64,000 nt of DNA from Octopus bimaculoides (GCF_001194135.2 NC_068994.1:17193085-17257084); one strand, 5' to 3'; positions 23,648 through 37,240 are shown, numbered from the stretch's first letter. Notes: generated by a model not told the origin, from the letters alone. A program made the numbers and translations.

Positions 23648-24825
23648 CTGTGTTGTAAACCAATTACCATTTCTGTGGCGACCCCTTCCCTTGCCCAAAG
23701 CATGCACTTATTTTGATTAATGATTAATCCAGCATTGGTATTTGCTTCAATTCATCAGTTGTTGATGATAATTCAAATACTTATTATAGCTCATGAACCC
23801 ATGAAAATAGAGAATACTGAAAATGATAATGATAATGAAGATGACAATGACAAGATTTTCTTTTGATCGCTCAAGTGATTATGAAGTTCTAGGAAATTAT
23901 AGTTTTGTTAGTTGATCATTTGGAAATTCGAAGTGGTATGTTGTGGACAAGGTTATTCTCTTTCAGTTTCCATCTACCAAATCCATTCACAAGGCTTTGG
24001 TTGCTCAAAGTGCCATGCAGTGGGACTGAACCCAGAACCATGTGGTTGTGAAGGAAGCTTCTTACTCCACAGCCATGCCTGTGCCTATATCTGTATAAAA
24101 TTTCATTAAATCATATGCATTGATAAAAAAGATTCAAGGAAACACGTGTAAATCTGTGAATGTGCTTTATTTTCCATATTTTATTTCAGACTAATAAGCT
24201 CCAGGATAATCCTCACCAGCTCTTTAAGCCATAATTTAGTGGTACTAAGCTTAAGATATTGCCACAAATTGCCAAAAGTCTAAAGCTTCCAGGAGCTTGG
24301 ACACTGGATTCTCATTAGAGGTCCTACTCCTGGGCTAGTTCTGGGGCCCACTGCTTCTCTCAGTGGCCTTGGATATGATTTTTTTCTTCTGTACATAGAC
24401 TGCATCATATCCTTTTACTCTTATAAGGTGTGGCCTCAGATAAGATTTTCCACTGTAGCTTGTATACTGCTTTTGACCAGCAGTAACTTGATAGTGTATT
24501 AGGACTCTTTTTTGATGGGTATCTAAATGAATAAAGATACAATGCAATCTATATGTGGGAAAAGCTGCACATATCCTCTTTGTAAAGTATGTCTTTTACA
24601 TGAAAAAGAAACATCTGAAAATGTGACAGCTTGTCAGCATAAAATTTGTTAGATTTTGCTGAAATATAAACAGGAGTGTAGTATAACCGGCAATTGTAGT
24701 ATGACTTCATAAGCCGTAGCACACCACTAATAAGTATACTAATGTATGATAATACTGTGTAACAAAATTAAAATTTTTTTTCTTCTTTGGTCAGTAAGTG
24801 TTATTTCCTATAGGTCTCCATATAA

Positions 24826-25314
24826 CCCCTCATAACATTTTTTATATTTTGGAATTTTCAGAAATTTTTGTGAATTTGTGTTCTGCGTACGGGTGTTCAT
24901 ACAATTATGCAAAAAAAATTTTTGTGTGTATGTGTGATTCAAGGGCAATTTAGCTGTTACTTTTAGCACATCCCATGACCACCTGATACCGTTCTCTTTT
25001 CTTTGCCACTTTGACATGTATTGATGTGTTTCAATATTTTTTCCTAAACATATTTATAATGGAATGATGATACATCCAAAGGTGGTCCACTAATGGAATT
25101 TAAACAAAAAATTCAGACTATCTGCATTTTGAATATTGATTTTATAAAAAATTTCAGAAAAGAGAGAAAATGTTAGGATTTAAGGGACAGGGAGAGTTTT
25201 AAAAAAAGGAAAAAAAAAATTTCTTCTTTCATAATTGTATGAATTCCTGTGTATAGAACACCAATTCGCAAAAGTTTTTTTGAAAATTTAAAAAAGTAAA
25301 AAAGTTACAAGGGG
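24826..25314. mobile_element. Long-TIR MITE, piggyBac-like (CCC ends, (T/A)TAA flanks)
   Basis: About 90-bp imperfect TIRs; second copy at 44244-44669. Confidence 0.75.
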
Positions 25315-25690
25315 TTAATCAGAGTTCTGCCAATTTATGGTCCAAACACCAGCTTAATAATGACAAACTTATTTTTCTAAATTTTTCAGAATTTTAAAAT
25401 TAATTGAAATGAAGGAAGTATATTTTAACAGAAATATGGTATCAAAAAGGTTAAGTGAACTTATAAGTCTTAAAAAGAAATACCAGCTATTTTTATTTTG
25501 TAACTTGGAGCTTAAATAGAAAGTATGTTAGAATAATAACTACAACTGTATAATTGAAATAATACTAGTATATACATAGTAATATAAAATAATATTAGTA
25601 TATACATAATACTAGTATATATATAGTAATATAAAATCAAATTATGCAAATGGTTTTTAATAAATTAACATAGAGTTGTTGATATTGCAG

Positions 25691-26103
25691 AATTTTTTTC
25701 CTTGAAAAGATCAAGAACAGAGCACAGCATGAAGATGTTGGCAAATTATATTAACCGAGGGATACGACATAAAATCAATTTATTAGCCCGGTTGGAATGC
25801 CAAGCCTGCAAGCTGACACAGATCAGGTGTCTTCTAAAAGAAATTGACCGCATTGGCTGTCAAGAAGCTCGAAAGAGGTTGAAATCTGAAAAGAGAGAGT
25901 TGTTGAGAAGAAAGATTTCGAAGGCCAAAAAAACAATTACATGTCTAAAAGAAGAGAAAAAATCATATATTCAAAATACTAAGCAACTTAGAAGACATAA
26001 TCGAACAACAAGGGCAATGGTGTCTTATTTGTTAAAGAAAATGCGAGAGGTGTGCCGACAATCCAGTTATAAAATCAAAATATTAAACAAATATAGCTTG
26101 TAA
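25691..26103 (+). CDS. Candidate terminal coding exon, basic coiled-coil-like peptide of unknown family (about 137 aa)
   Basis: Longest clean non-repeat ORF; ttgcag acceptor at 25690 (phase 1); TAA then AT-rich UTR with AATAAA at 26332; no homology recognised. Confidence 0.45.
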
Positions 26104-27163
26104 TGAGTTTGTGAAGTAAATGTGAAAATGAGAAAATGAATTTATTATCAAGAATTTCAAATCAAAACTTTCCATATATATTTGACTGATTTGTGTGCAA
26201 GTTTAAAATTATTGAAGATTTCAAAGCTTCATTTTCAAACAGTTTTGCTGTTGCAGTTATAGACAACAAAATCAAAGAAGTCCTTGCATAACAACATATC
26301 AACTGTTTTCTGTATCTTATACATCCATTGGAATAAAGTGAAGCACTTAGAATACACAAAATCATTTTAAGAAAATAAATTAATCATTTTCCTCTCAGAG
26401 AAAAATACTCAACGTTGTGATGTAACGAGTTCCATTTGTCAAATGCATTCAATTAAAATATCAAGAAATTTAGAACTTCATGAATGAATTAATGTTGAAA
26501 TAATTTTTTCTGTTTGTAATTACTAAAATAACCTGCTTAAAAAATTACTTATCTCACTTATTGTCTTTGTTATTATTATTTTTTTTTTTTAAAGGATACA
26601 TACAATATTAAAATATACACTCAGTGTGTGTGTGTGTGTATGTCTGTTGTGAGAATGAGTAAGAACTGAAGCTGATCAAGTTTTTTTCTTGTTAATTTAT
26701 TGCAATATTTTGTATTCAGCATGTACATGCATGCATACATGTGTGCACACACACACACACACACACACATTCATTTTCTTCTCTGCAACATTTATATACT
26801 TATAGAAAGCAGTTGAATTATTTATCAAAATTAGATGAAAATCTATTCTTTTAAGGAATACTGAAAAAGAATGAGAATCTTGAACTTCAAACCTTTCTTT
26901 ACCCTGCTTTAACATGTCACAGTACTAAATTTATTACTAACCTTGGTCAGCTCTCATTCCACTAAAGCTGATAAAATAATAAAAAAATAAATAGCTGTAA
27001 TACAGTAAGAGGAGGGACTAAAAGATAATTTATAATTCTTAATCTTTGCTCTGAGAAGCTAACAAAAGGGAAACACATTCCACTTTTAACTACCCCCCAC
27101 TTCACTTTTGTCATTAATACCAGGTTGGGGAGACATGAATATAACATTTTTCTCTACCCTTAG

Positions 27164-27210
27164 GTGTTTTGTTACTAGTCAGAAGAAACCAATATGTTAT
27201 CAAGTCTGAG
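27164..27210 (+). CDS. Candidate internal exon (xVLLLVRRNQYVIKSE, or start exon MLSSLR)
   Basis: Acceptor ttttctctacccttag|G and donor GAG|gtaagc; one fully open frame. Confidence 0.35.
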
Positions 27211-27865
27211 GTAAGCACTGCACAGCTAATCACCCAGAGAGCCAAGTTAGTAAATCAATCAATTCTTATTTAACTTCATTTACAGTACAAAATTATTGAG
27301 AAAGTCCATAAACATCAAACAACTTTATTTCATTTTCAGTGAAGGTTGTGTGCCTATGTAACATAAGATATTATTGAGAGCTTATATTGTCTGAGTGGGT
27401 AAATGAGATGAATTAGTTGTAAATGTATCTACTGAGGTCAGTAACCAGTCACACATAGACAGTCTTTCTTGCCTTCAATTAAACAGAACAAAGAAAACTC
27501 TATGCATTGTTTAACCTGCTTGGAATAAGAGCCGAATCTCCCTCAAATTCCATCCTTCTGTCTTAAAATAGGGATACATCAGATCACTATGCCTGAAGAA
27601 AAGAAAGAATGCATGGAGACGACAGGAACACCTTTTATTATTGGTCCTCTCAGTCGGGTCTAACATGGGTCTAAATAATGACTGACTTTATCATTCGTAG
27701 AAATTATGGATCTGGAATTTAATAAAACATCATGTCTTTTAGACTGAAGTATTTATCAATTTTCTAGGTTTTGGCTATGGTACAGAGATAACATCACTCA
27801 ATATAAGTTAGCTAACAGGTGCAACAATAAATTAAGCCATGTAGCTATCCATCATCATCATTTAA

Positions 27866-28078
27866 CCCTTTGGCATTTAAACCGGCCATATCTGGCCAAA
27901 ATATTCAATTGGTTTTAACTAACCAAATACAGTCTCTTACGCTTACCTTACAATGTCATACTAAAAGTAAACAATTGCATCATCGAAATTTCAAAGCTAC
28001 AAGATAATGCATGATTAATTCAAAACAATGTGAATAAATAAGCATTATATCTGACAGAGTAATCTGAATGCTAAAGGG
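27866..28078. mobile_element. piggyBac-like MITE
   Basis: TTAA-ccctttggcatt ... aatgctaaaggg-TTAA; decayed relative at about 32370-32545. Confidence 0.82.
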
Positions 28079-28639
28079 TTAATGTCTGTATTCCATGCTG
28101 GCAAGGATTGGACAATTTGACAGGATTCAATGGGTGCTGGAGCACATCATTCTCCAGTATCTGCTTTGGCATGATTTCTATGGTTGGAGGTCCTTTGTAA
28201 TAGCAATCACTTTACTGCATGTACCAGGTGCTTTTTTTTTTTTTTTTTGTGCCATTGGCACGAGTGATGTTTCCATGTAGCTTGCAAGACTACAAAACCC
28301 AGGGGTAGCAGGAGCTTTATGTGAGGAGATGAGAGGGTTAAAGAAGGGAAAGGGGGGCGGGTGAGCAGATTCCTGTAGAGGAGCTGCATGGTTGATCGCC
28401 TTTAGGAGAGAGAGTGAGAATGGTCTGGAGGAGCTGCAAGTCACAGGTGATTCCTCAAGGTACATGGTGAGTAGAAGTGCAATGAGATGGGGAAACTAGG
28501 AATGTAGTGGGGGGTTGCAAAAGTGTATGGTGGTGCAAGAGATGGGAGTATGGGAGGTAGGCAACAACTTCAAAAATCGGGTAGGAGTGAAGGGTGGATG
28601 TAGGGAGTGATGAATGGCTATACTGAATAATAATTTTAA

Positions 28640-29000
28640 GCTTATTTAATACTCTAAAATCATTTATTTCTGTTAATAAGTCACAAGGCCAATTTAAATG
28701 AGGAACAAGGGCACCTTAACAAAATGAAAAATGTGGAAAGAAATAGTTAATATCTTGGGCATGAAAGGGTTTCAATTGGTATGTGTTTGAGATATAATGA
28801 AGTGAATTTCAATGGTTGTGGATTGCACTTACTTGATTGTATCGTCTGTTAAAGGAAAAATATTTGTTTTCATAGCAGTCATATGATTAACTAGCTCAAC
28901 TTTTGTATATTGCTATAACATAGTTTATTAATGTCAGTAGAAGGAAAATTGAAGTAAACTTCATTACAACTTTAAAAAGTGAAGTGGGAGGACCCTGAAA
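28640..29000. mobile_element. Non-autonomous DNA-transposon-like repeat, with related copy at about 30410-30680
   Basis: About 100-bp block shared by 28754-28855 and 30432-30535; both end near ggaccctg. Confidence 0.4.
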
Positions 29001-29123
29001 ATCTGAAATTTTACTATTTCTGCTGGTTTGGCTTTTAAATTTTAAAAAATGTATTATTTTCAGCCACATATTAGCATGTTTGAAAATTCAGTTAAAGACT
29101 TAATAATCTTAACGCTTCATATG

Positions 29124-29521
29124 TTGTTGTTGTTGTTGTTGTTGGCACTCCGTCGCTTACGACGTCAAGGGTTCCAGTTGATCCGATCAACAGAACAGCC
29201 TGCTCGTGAAATTAACGTGCAAGTGGCTGAGCACTCCACAGACATGTGTACCCTTAACGTAGTTCTCAGGGATATTCTGCGTGACACAGTGTGACAAGGC
29301 TGACCCTTTGAATTACAGGCACAACAGAAACAGGAAGTAAGAGTGAGAGAAAGTTGTGGTGAAAGAGTACAGCAGGGTTTGCCACCATCCCCTGCCGGAG
29401 CCTCGTGGAGCTTTAGGTGTTTTCGCTCAATAAACACTCACAACACCTGGTCTGGGAATCAAAACCGCAATCCTATGACCGCGAGTCCGCTGCCCTAACC
29501 ACTGGGCCATTGCGCCTTCAC
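29124..29521 (-). mobile_element. Full-length SINE family D with 14-bp TSD
   Basis: Minus head gtgaaggcgcaatggcccagtggttagggc...ttttgattccc; (AAC)n tail; TSD taacgcttcatatg 29110-29123 / taatgcttcatatg 29522-29535. Confidence 0.95.
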
Positions 29522-29934
29522 TAATGCTTCATATGAGCAATTTCAAATATGACTAAATATAAATATACGTTTTTTTTTTTTTTGCATATTAATTTAGAAC
29601 ATAATAATAACTGGTCCATCACATAATTACATCTTCCAGAGGCTTTCCTTTTTAACTCTACTTAGCATTTGGTGCTTAATGATCCTAATTAGTTAAATGC
29701 TATCAAATTAAGCTATTTGGCTACATATTTCACTTCTGTGCCAACAGTTGGTTGAGCTATTAAGCTATCAGTGGGATATTTTACCAGATATTCTTGTGTA
29801 TTTGATATGATGTAATGGATGAGGTATACTTGAGTTTATCCCAGTTTTTGCAGCATGAAACCTTTGAAAGGCATCTTTAACATTCAGTAGAAACCTCCAG
29901 TCTTTTGTAGTTTCACAAATGAAATAACTTCACA

Positions 29935-30112
29935 TAAAAAGCACCCAGTACACTCTGTGGAGTGGTCAATGCTAGGAAGAGCATCCAACCATAGAAATCA
30001 TACCAGAACAGATAATGGAGGCTGGTGTGGTCTCTGGCCTTACGAGCTCCAGTCAAACCATCCAACCTATGCCAGCATGGAAAATAGATGTTAAATGATG
30101 ATGATGATGATA
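29935..30112 (+). mobile_element. Diverged RTE tail
   Basis: aaaagcacccagtacactc...gttaaatgatgatgatgat. Confidence 0.8.
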
Positions 30113-31283
30113 AGCACAGTATACTTACAAGGCATTTGTCAGTTATGCTCTGCCATATTGTATTATATTACACTATATCATTATATCATATTATTTATAT
30201 TATATACATTATTATATACACTGCCATAAATAATAAATATAGAAGATTATTATTAGTTAAATTTTTGTATACCAACTAATCTAAATAGATAAAAGAGTTG
30301 TTGAATTGAAGATGTAATTGATTATATATTTTTTTGTTTAAGTTACACGTAGGAGAAGGCTTAGATACTTAATTATACACATCTATATACACACAAATAT
30401 TATTATTGTATGTTGTGATGACAAGGGACTATCTTAGACATCAAAGGGTTTCAATTGGTATGCGTTTGAGATGTAATGAAGTGAATTTCGATGGTTGTGG
30501 GTTGCACTTATTTGATTGTATTATTCGTTAAAGTGTTTTTGTTGTTTTTTTAATTGTAATTGATGTAAGATTGAATAGTCAACACTCACGTTCATAACAC
30601 AGACATTTGAATTAATTTTTACAATCTAGCTGTCCTTTTACACAGAATTTCATCTTTCTGAAACCAAGGACCCTGAAGTGACTTATATATAATGGAACTG
30701 TGATTATGTATATCAGAAAAAATATACATAAGTTGAAACAATTTGTTGGCATTTTATGGTTTTTATAATTATTTATATAATATCATATTATGTTATATAT
30801 TATATTCATAGTATTTAATGTAATATTGTAATATATAAATTATTGGATTGTCAATAGAATATCTCTATTTAATTTATCTTTATTATATCATATTATATCA
30901 TATGAGACACTTAGTAACAGAGTGTTGCAAGCGCCATCCTGGCCATTTTTGAGGTTAGTATATCATTTTCTTTGTCTCAATGGCTAGAATCCAAAAAAGT
31001 CGGGAGGAAGAACTGGTGAGGCTTGTGATAAGGTTGAAAATCCATCTGAAAAATATTGTACCTCGATGCTATTGAAACACGATGCTCACTCACCCAAACT
31101 CAGACCTGAGAGTTGAGTAACACACTATTGTAAGCACACACACTCAATCAATAACTTTGGTCTAGTCCCTGTATTGTTTTGTGAGGTGTTATGGCTCCTT
31201 TTCTAATATTCTTCATTACCATTGAAACGATAATGGGCTATTTTCTTAATATTTTGTCATACTTACCTCTTAAAGATACTTAC

Positions 31284-31392
31284 CTTGGTATATTAGAACA
31301 CAAAGAATACCTTTGTGGAGTCTCTATGTTTTTTCTAGGTATTATGTCTAAAATATGCACTGTGATACACCATTTCGTTGTCCCAGTATATT
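31284..31392 (-). CDS. Candidate internal exon, phase 1 to 2 (EYTGTTKWCITVHILDIIPRKNIETPQRYSLCSNIP)
   Basis: Acceptor gcatctttctcattttgtag|A; donor AAG|gtaagt; exactly one open frame; no family recognised. Confidence 0.38.
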
Positions 31393-32597
31393 CTACAAAA
31401 TGAGAAAGATGCAGTCATTGGTTCATCTTTCAGATGCATACATACATAAATAATTTTACATAGGTAAAATGATTAGAGGAGGTCCTCACGGTCATTTTAA
31501 GACCAAAACCAGCTTCCTAACTTCATTCTTTGCCAAGATATCACATTCTGAAAGTTGTGAAACTTTGACTGTCTTTTTCTCAGTTTTTAAGTTGTGGTGC
31601 TTACAACGGTCTGTTACTAAATACCTCGTATATTATATTTATATCATATCATCTGTTGTTGGAGTTAATTCCAAGTCAGACCTGACCAAGCAGATATATA
31701 ATAAAAGACATTCCAGCAGCAGCAGCTATCTTGCATGATTTTTTAACTAAATTATCCAATGTGTCCTTTCTTTTATAAAGTTGTAAGGTGTGGAAGACAT
31801 GTGGGAGATTTAGCCAAAGAACTTATTCAGTGGTTGATGGTCACAAGTTAATTGTTTTCATGATATTAGATTCAGAAGAGCACTGACCATAACTGGGATG
31901 GAAAGTACTCTGGTATAAGAGATAAGAGAGAGAGATGACTGAGACTTGGCATTAAATATGAATTGTAAAAAAGTAAACATTACTGTAAAGCAGGGAGAGT
32001 AGAAGCTTCTTTGAAGTACCCTGATTTTGTTCTCTTCTGAGAGGCTATGTATTTAGACCTACATATATGTATATATCTATGTGTTGGTGTTTCTTTGTGT
32101 TTGTCTCCCAGTGCTGCTTGACAACTGATGTTGGTGTGTTTATGTCTCTGTGACTTAACAGTTCAGCAAAACAGACTGATAGAATAAGTACCAGGCTTAA
32201 AAAAAAATAAGTCCTGGAGTTGATTTGTTCAATTAACACCATTTAAGGTGGTGCCCCAGCATGGCTGCAGTCAAATGACTGAAACAAGTAAAAGATAAGG
32301 CATGTCTGCTAAATAGTAGATTGAGAATTTAAATGCTTCAAGGGACATTATTTTGTTTTTAGGATTCTAAGCTTTTAGCACTTAAACTGGCCATATCCAG
32401 CTTAAGTATTCTACCTGTTTTTTTACCTTGGAACTAGCTAGATCCAACCTTTCACATCTACCCTATAACGCAGGGTAAATTCAAAACAATGTAAATACAT
32501 AGGTGGTACATTTGATGGAGTTATTCTGAATGCTGAAGAGTTAAAAAAAAATGATGATGGCTCTTTGTTTTTGAGATGTCTGTGTAGCTGAGTGCTT

Positions 32598-32900
32598 AAG
32601 GCAGCATGGCTCAGTGGTTAGAGCATCAGTAGTGAATCTGATTTACAGACCAAGCTGTGTTGTGTTCTTGAGTAAGACACTTTATTGCTGCAGTTCACTC
32701 AGCTGTAGAAATGAATTGCAATGTCACTAGTGTCAAGCTGTACTGGCTTTTGCCTTTCCCTTGGATAACACTGATGGCATGGAGAGGGGAGGCTGGTATG
32801 CATGGGCAACTGATGGTTTCCATAAACAACCTTGCCCGGATTTTGCCTCAGAGGGTAACTTTCTAGGTGCAATCCCATGGTCATTCATGATTGAAAAGGG
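32598..32900 (+). mobile_element. SINE family B
   Basis: gcatggctcagtggttagagc head; body as 16269-16585. Confidence 0.85.
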
Positions 32901-33201
32901 TTTTGTGTGGTCCTACATTGAACCCCACTGCATAGCATTGTGGGCAAGTGTCTTTTGCCATATGATTGGGTCAACCCAAGCCTGTGACTGAGATTAAGTC
33001 AATGGAAACTGTGTCAGAGGGAATGTTTTTCAAGTCAAAGGTTTAAACTTGTCACACAGTTGTCATGCTGCTGCATGACAACTGTCTGAGAATTATGTTA
33101 AGGGTACAAATGTCCTTGAAAAACTCATCTCCTTACAGTATGATTTAATAAGTAGACAAGGCTAGGATTTACTTATGAGCTAATGAACAGACAGTTTAAA
33201 T

Positions 33202-33497
33202 GAGTGTTTCTCAACCATTTTTTGCCTGGGGACCTCTTTGATTCCTATTTCACTCTGCTGGATCCTTATACCCATTCAATGTCTAAAAAAATCCCATTAT
33301 ATTTTTTATAATTAAATATTATTAGGAATTGTATTAAAAGAATTGTGAAAATATTTTGTGGATTGTAGAAGTTTAACCAATTTATTGCACATAAATTTTA
33401 ACACCAAAATTTCATATGGACCTCCAAGTGTCATATGGATCCCCAAAAGCTCATATGGACTCCTAAGGGCCATATGGACCCTGGTTGAGAAACACTG
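33202..33497. mobile_element. hAT MITE
   Basis: TIR gagtgtttctcaacc / ggttgagaaacactg; degenerate 8-bp TSD gtttaaat / atttagat; catatgga repeats. Confidence 0.8.
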
Positions 33498-34658
33498 ATT
33501 TAGATTACTAAACAACTGGAATTCTCTTTGTTAAAATTCATGGAGGATCATTCCAATATGGCAAATAGAGAAATTGTCCAATGTTACAAAGTACTGAAGA
33601 AATGCATAGGCACAGGTGTAGCTTGTGGCTTCCCAACTATGTGGTCTTGGGTTCAGTCCTATTACATGGCACTTTTGGCAAGAATCTTCTTTCATGGCCT
33701 TGGGCCATCCAAAGTCTTGTGAATAGATTTGGTAGATGGAGGGGAAAGATGCTGGTTGTGTATATATGTGCATATGTATGTGTGTACGTGTGTGTATATA
33801 TCAATATTATATATATATATAAATATATATNNNNNNNNNNNNNNNNNNNNNNNNNNNNNNNNNNNNNNNNNNNNNNNNNNNNNNNNNNNNNNNNNNNNNN
33901 NNNNNNNNNNNNNNNNNNNNNNNNNNNNNNNNNNNNNNNNNNNNNNNNNNNNNNNNNNNNNNNNNNNNNNNNNNNNNNNNNNNNNNNNNNNNNNNNNNNN
34001 NNNNNNNNNNNNNNNNNNNNNNNNNNNNNNNNNNNNNNNNNNNNNNNNNNNNNNNNNNNNNNNNNNNNNNNNNNNNNNNNNNNNNNNNNNNNNNNNNNNN
34101 NNNNNNNNNNNNNNNNNNNNNNNNNNNNNNNNNNNNNNNNNNNNNNNNNNNNNNNNNNNNNNNNNNNNNNNNNNNNNNNNNNNNNNNNNNNNNNNNNNNN
34201 NNNNNNNNNNNNNNNNNNNNNNNNNNNNNNNNNNNNNNNNNNNNNNNNNNNNNNNNNNNNNNNNNNNNNNNNNNNNNNNNNNNNNNNNNNNNNNNNNNNN
34301 NNNNNNNNNNNNNNNNNNNNNNNNNNNNNNNNNNNNNNNNNNNNNNNNNNNNNNNNNNNNNNNNNNNNNNNNNNNNNNNNNNNNNNNNNNNNNNNNNNNN
34401 NNNNNNNNNNNNNNNNNNNNNNNNNNNNNNNNNNNNNNNNNNNNNNNNNNNNNNNNNNNNNNNNNNNNNNNNNNNNNNNNNNNNNNNNNNNNNNNNNNNN
34501 NNNNNNNNNNNNNNNNNNNNNNNNNNNNNNNNNNNNNNNNNNNNNNNNNNNNNNNNNNNNNNNNNNNNNNNNNNNNNNNNNNNNNNNNNNNNNNNNNNNN
34601 NNNNNNNNNNNNNNNNNNNNNNNNNNNNNNNNNNNNNNNNNNNNNNNNNNNNNNNNNA

Positions 34659-35430
34659 ACAGGTCTTCGGAAGCGGAGTTTAGTGTCCAATGAAGGAATG
34701 TTACGCATAAGTGGGCTGGCTACATCCCTGGCAGAGGCCTTGGATTTTGGTCTCACTTGGATTGCCGGGTCTTCTCATGCACAGCATATTTCCAAAGGTC
34801 TCGGTCACAAGTCATTGCTTTGGTGAGGCCTAATGTTCGGAGGTCGTGCTTCTCCACCTCATCCCAGGTCTTCCTGGGCCTGCCTCTTCCACGGGCTCCC
34901 TCAACCACTAGGGTGTGGCACTTTTTCACACAGCTATCCTCATTCATTCTCGCCAAATGTCCATACCAGCGCAATCGTCTCTCTAGCACACCACAACTAA
35001 TGCTTCTTAGATTCAACTTTTCTCTCAAGATACTTACACTCTGCCGGGTATGCACACTGACATTACTCATCCATCGAAGCATACTGGCTTCATTCCTTGC
35101 GAGCTTACGCATGTCTTCAGCAGTCACGGCCCATGTTTCACTGCCATGTAGCATGGCTGTTCGTACACATGCGTCATACAGTCTACCTTTTACTCTGAGT
35201 AAGAGGCCCTTTGTCGCCAGCAGAGGTAAGAGCTCTCTAAACTTTGCTCAGGCTATTCTTATTCTAGCAGCTACACTTTCAGTGCACCCTCCCCCTCTAC
35301 TAACTTGGTCACCCAGATAGCGGAAGCTATCAACTACGTCTAGTTTTTCTCCCTGGAATGTGACAGAAGTTGTTTTCTGCACATTTTCAGTGTTTATTGC
35401 ACCTGAACATCTGCCACATACAAAAACTAA
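34659..35430 (-). mobile_element. RTE LINE ORF2 C-terminus and start of 3'UTR (rest in gap)
   Basis: GEKLDVVDSFRYLGD...MLHGSETWAVTAEDM...RRLRWYGHLARM...GRPRKTWDE. Confidence 0.95.
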
Positions 35431-35509
35431 ATTCCTAATTAACCTGCCTTATAAATAATATATGAATATATGCATATATCCATACATATTTGTACATACC
35501 TACATATAT

Positions 35510-35765
35510 ATGTATATATACATGCATATGTGGGTACAGGACATCAAAAAAACGTTGAACACAATGAGAAACGAAAACATAAAAACAAAATCATAGAAAA
35601 CAAACTTTTTTTTTAACAATGAAATAGACAAATAGAGAAACGAGACATGTGACAATTGTATTGTCCTTGCCTTCGAAACGTGGAGTAGATGAAACAGTGA
35701 CAACTGATGAAGGGGTATACTCTTTATGTTGCATATCTCGTTTTTCTGTTTGTTTGACTTTGTAT
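35510..35765. mobile_element. Penelope pLTR-like segment, partly inverted
   Basis: 35520-35590 is the reverse complement of about 36330-36370; 35690-35760 resembles 36235-36290; contains cgaaac and ctgatga. Confidence 0.5.
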
Positions 35766-35771
35766 GTATCA

Positions 35772-35880
<109 letters not shown>

Positions 35881-36169
35881 CCTCTTTTACTTACTCTCTA
35901 TATTATATGTTGAGCATGTGATCAATGTGTAAGAACGCCGGTACAGATAGAATGGAAGAAATATAAAAGTTGCTAGAAACAAAAGCCAAATCTCCTTTAA
36001 ATCACACAAAGTAAACGGAATTTAAAAAATCTAATTACTGCACTGGAAAGTTCACATTGAGAAAATTCCATTGATGTAAAAATTTTCATGAAAAAGTGGA
36101 AAATGTGGATTTCTATAAACTTTTAAAAAGGCTACACACAAACACACAACCTCAGCTTTATATATTAAG

Positions 36170-37240
36170 ATATGTGTGTCTATATATATATATGTATAAG
36201 TTCAGTGCTCAAAATAAGGAGTAGAAGGACAGCCGACAACAGCTGAAGAGTCGTTTTTTTATGTTACTTGTCCCGTTTTCCATTTATTTCTCTCGTTCTT
36301 TGCATGCCCAACTTTATGTTCGTATTTCATGTTGTTTACGTTTTGTGACATTCTGTACCCATATATGCATACCTATAAGGGTAGAGGAACATCACAAAGT
36401 TGTGCATATGTACTCATGGTTATGTACAAAGGGTGAGAGTATGCGTGTAGACAGGCATGTAAAAGTGTTGAGCGTTGGTGATTTGCAGTGCTTTTCATGG
36501 GGGCTTGTTTGTGACAGTGACCTTGGTGCAGGCTGTGCTGGGGGTGGCTGGTACTAAAGAGGTATATTCAGGTTGTCGGCAGCCAGTGGCTTGAAATTTA
36601 CCAGAAGGTTGTACCCCTAGTGACAGCATTACAACACCTCATATTTCTTGTTGATGGATACTGCAGGCTGGTAGATAATATGCAGTTTTTCATGGAAGCA
36701 CAACTAGCAATTAGGGGTGCTGAGCAAATATGGTGGCACCCTGTCAACAATAGTCCACTTGATGCTGAGTGTTTTGTCTTGGAGATCACACAGTTTCCAG
36801 AGAAAGCGTCACGGGAAAGTGGAGTTCTCTCTGTCCTTGGATCTAAATAAATGCAAGTGCTGGGAGTATCTTCCCTTGAAGTCATTGGCTGTCATTCCCA
36901 TATAGTGCTTAGTAACATCATAAGATGGCATAAGGGTGGCTCTGTATACTACAACCCTTGAGAGGCAAGATCCTGCTAGAAGGCAGGTGGTAGGGCTTCA
37001 ACAGTTGCAGGTTGGGGTTGGGGATTGTGTGAGTGCATTTTTACGTTTATTGATGTGTGCGATATTGTCTAAGCAGGTATAGCTTACCTTGACATTATTG
37101 GGTTTGAAGACTTTGAGTTATGTGGTACTCTGTCCTGTTTTGCAAGAAGTTCTTATTGTTAATTCCAAACCTGTATTCAACTGATGAAAGCATATTTTTT
37201 TTTTCATGATGTAACACTTTTGTTCATCAATAAAGAACAC
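36170..37240 (-). mobile_element. Penelope-like element 3' end (linker plus GIY-YIG endonuclease, Naiad-like) with pLTR-like flank
   Basis: NNVKVSYTCLDNIAHI, TCNC*SPTTCLLAGSCL, VVYRA...HYMGMTANDFKGRYSQH, IKWTIVDR..PY, C*LCFHEKLHII; several stops. Confidence 0.85.

Noticed and set aside
28754-30535. Tandemly duplicated exon (about 100-bp direct repeat 1.7 kb apart)
   Set aside because: No matching splice sites, one copy has a stop in the best minus frame, and both sit in repeat-like context ending ggaccctg.
36590-37000. Selenocysteine recoding in the Penelope endonuclease
   Set aside because: The TGA codons sit at apparent Arg/Ser positions (CNC*, TFP*), TAG/TAA stops are also present, and no SECIS was seen; this fits ordinary decay.
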